Shown here one piece after another: positions 61,108 to 64,000 of a stretch of DNA of 64,000 bases. The stretch's first letter is position 1, and each line of letters begins with the position of its first letter. A program made the translations under genes and the position numbers. The notes beneath the pieces are model-generated. The model did no database searches and was not told where the DNA came from. It saw nothing but the letters and a program-made list of their open reading frames with translations. This DNA comes from Lepidodermella squamata (lineage: Eukaryota > Animalia > Gastrotricha). The stretch is taken from the NCBI GenBank assembly GCA_047495785.1, contig JBLDXI010000026.1, positions 1,116,001-1,180,000 on the forward strand, in the 5' to 3' direction.

Positions 61108-64000
61108 ATGTTTTTCATAAAAAAGCTCCTTCTGTTAGGGCTGATTACTGGCGCTGTCGTTGTAAGAAAACATAAATTTAAGTGGGCCATCAAAAACCAA
61201 TTTCTTCATTCAGGATGGGCAGGAAAACGGAGATAATGCAAGTGTCGAAAGACGAGGTCCATGTTCTGGGTTCACTTGTGGGGATGGGAACTGTATATCA
61301 AGACTTTGGAGGTGACACATTTGCCACTTTTGATCAGCCATCATACCAAAACTATACACACTACACACTACACTATAAACACTATAACACTCAGCTAATT
61401 TGCCTGATTCCCTCGCAAATTTCGCCATGTAGAAACACAATGGCAAGATGTTTCTCCACGGAAACAATTTGACTGAGCAGCAATTGCCTACCTCAAATCT
61501 TATACCACGTGAAAGAGGAGCTCGCGTTCTATGTGCATGCTAAGTTTGGTAAATAACGGAGATATCCGTTTTGAGAAGCACTCGATTCAATAATGCAGAT
61601 CAAAGTTTTAGCTTGAGTGTGGTCGCTTTTTTCTCTACGGTCTAGCCATAGAGTATTCCCTTATTCCCACATGCCCACAATCCTGAGCCACTTTTTGTTA
61701 TTCATTATTCTTTATTTTCAAGGTGCGACGGAGACATAGACTGCAGTATGGAATTAATGCGAACTTATCAGAAAACGATGCTCAAACCTATTTTCACCAG
61801 GGGATAGGAGCGATGAAGTCAATTGTGATTCCTATAAACCTAACAGCTCTGGCCCCGATGTATGTTCGCATCGTTCTTATCAATTCGTTATGATTACCTT
61901 GTATTTTAAATACAAGCCCCTTTGTAAAGACGTTCCGTGCAACAACGGACGATGTATATCAGGCAACTTCATTTGCGACAGAATAGATGATTGCGGTGAG
62001 TTCAAGCACTTTAACGATTATTACTCCAAACAATGTCTCTTAGGGGATGGCAGCGACGAAGCAATCTGTGGTGGAAGACCTGAGTTTCATAACGTAAGAT
62101 CAGCAGCGATTTACAGGGTGTCCCATAAGAAACGCAAGCAAAGAAAATACACGGAAAAGGGATCAGAAACTCTAAAATGAGAGACGAAGTCACATCTCAT
62201 GGCGAGAATAATAATTAAGTATGTTGATGGGATTAGAAACGTCCGAAGAAATTTGGTTCAACAGGGTAAAATACCGAAAATTACCAAACCGGTTACCATC
62301 GGGGTTTTCTGGAAATTCTTCAGCAAATGTTTTTATTCCTTCGGTTAAATCGCGGCTAAAATATGGAATACTCTCTCAGCAGGTTTAATTTGAATAATTA
62401 GTTGAATTTCCTAAAAAAAAGTTGTTAGATTAAAAAATGATGCGCAACTTTTGGGACACGCTGAATAATGAGTTTAGGTATTTGCGCTTTTATTTTTGCA
62501 TGTAATAAAGAGTACGTGTGGCAGTAACGAATTCAGATGCGACAACGGCAGATGCATAACAAGCAATTATATGTATGAATTCAAAACATTGCTTATTACG
62601 GTAATCCCAATAATATTTCAATGCAGCTGCGACAGCGATAATGACTGCGGTTAGTTTATCTCGGTTACAACCATTTCAACTCTCCACATTCGAATGTTCT
62701 ATCTGTAGTTTTGAGGCTCTTGTATTGAATTCCGAAGAGCTCCGCAGAGCATATGTCAATTTTAAGTTTAGTTTATGTAAATTGAATGATTTTACCGATA
62801 TCGTCTAGCCGAGTAGCAATCATCAAAAATGTCATGAAAGCATGAAAGCTATACAGGGCCTAGCGCCTAGCTGTCTGAAAAGTGTCTCATTCATCCATAA
62901 CTCAAATTACATTTTTTGTCGGAGCCTTAAATTGGAGGTTGTGAGATATAGTTAAGTACCTATTGCTTAAGGTGATCAAAGCGACGAAATAAACTGCGCG
63001 AGCCACCAGCCAACACCTACAGCACAAGTAAGACCGATAATTTCCATGATAGGTAATATAAATAACACATTTCCAATTTGGATATTCAGCACGCAACACA
63101 GGAGAAAGAAACTCTAGCGGTCCTGGCAAAGTCAACTGAAACAAACGCTTTCGATTTGCCCAATCAAGCGGCTCCAATATCTACCTCGCATCCCTTTTCT
63201 GACCCTTCTATTTCAACTTCCATCGTTGGTTGTGGCTTGATCAATTCCAGTGCGGACAGCGTTGTCGGTGGAAATGTGCAAGCCATTAATCCTCTCCCTT
63301 GGGTGGCTTCCCTGTATTTTGAGGATGGTAGAGTGGACTGCTACGGGGCACTGATTTCTGATCAATGGATCCTTACTGCTGCCGAATGTGTTAGGGACAC
63401 GAAACGTCCCGGAAAAGTAACCATAGTGTTGGCAAGTCTTGGCCGCAAAGAGCAGTCTTTAAATGTGCGAGATGCTTACGACATGTACGGCGTTAGGAAA
63501 TTCTCACATCCTATGTTCTTATGGGGTTCAGGGAAAATGAATTTCGCGCTTATCAAGCTTCGTTCGAAAGTCTCATTTTCTAGCAGAGTACAGCCGATAT
63601 GCCTGCCTGATGCATCAATGTGTGATAACATCTCCAACTCTGAAAGAATGGCAAAAGTCGATGACTGCACAGTAGCTACCATGGCTATAAGAGGTAGGCA
63701 GTTAACTTTTCGTTGCAGATGTTTGATATTTTTGATTTTTTCATTCTTTTTGAGATTTTTATTGATTTTTATTGATGATTTTTGCATGGAATTTTTCCTC
63801 AGATATAGAAAATGCCCAGATATTGGCTGCTGTCAACGTAACCGATCGGCTGAGTTGTAATGACCTAAGATACCTGCCATTGTCGATAGCCCACATATGC
63901 GTCCGTGGACCGGAAAACCTACGCGACGCAGCCCTCGACGGTGGTCCACTTATTTGTAAGCAGCGCCTGACTGGCCGAGCTCATGTGATAGGCATTTTTT
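61108..64000 (+). CDS. SP11: signal peptide + 3 LDLa + serine protease homologue with all three triad residues replaced (3' end beyond the window)
   Basis: [18 protein letters not shown]; DS-VVGG; TAAEC (His->Glu), MNFAL (Asp->Asn), ALDGGP (Ser->Asp). Confidence 0.75.
62114..62463 (+). mobile_element. Tc1/mariner-like MITE (350 bp) in an SP11 intron
   Basis: TA|CAGGGTGTCCCA ... TGGGACACGCTG inverted termini; a second diverged copy lies at 18494-18845. Confidence 0.75.

Noticed and set aside
63028-63090. Second possible internal AG|GT site (GATAG|GTAATA) in an SP11 intron
   Set aside because: The upstream half would be only ~25 nt, below the intron sizes seen here; the whole intron is already modal length.
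1-64000. CRISPR arrays, rRNA/tRNA genes, prokaryotic operons; many short antisense ORFs in the ORF track
   Set aside because: The DNA is intron-containing eukaryotic sequence. Repeats are coding modules or TEs, the only tRNA match is the LTR primer-binding site, and the antisense ORFs are shadows of real exons.

Overview
Eukaryotic (metazoan, compact-genome invertebrate-like) DNA with very short (~45-65 nt) spliceosomal introns; the organism cannot be identified from sequence alone. All gene models were hand-spliced. Bases 1-22 kb hold an NCLX/SLC8B1-type cation/Ca2+ exchanger, several small unassigned membrane or low-complexity genes, an intronless GABA-B-like class C GPCR and a 3-exon C2H2 zinc-finger gene, plus transposon debris. 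Bases 22.7-64 kb are a head-to-tail, all-plus-strand array of 13 genes: 11 secreted S1A serine proteases or pseudoproteases (called SP1-SP11 here) carrying LDLa repeats, Sushi/CCP pairs or no accessory domain, and 2 secreted LDLa-only genes, one degenerate. The most unusual features are at the splicing level. Each LDLa module is cut into phase-matched pieces that include 7-nt 'Asp-Cys' micro-exons, one ~110-nt intron has a conserved central AG|GT site that looks like a zero-length exon, and AAG/GAG acceptors and GC donors recur. No protease has Asp189, and three paralogues have lost catalytic residues. Mobile elements include a young non-autonomous LTR element (5-bp TSD, tRNA-Leu PBS), a CACTA-type MITE with perfect 116-bp TIRs, Tc1/mariner-like MITEs and LINE fragments.
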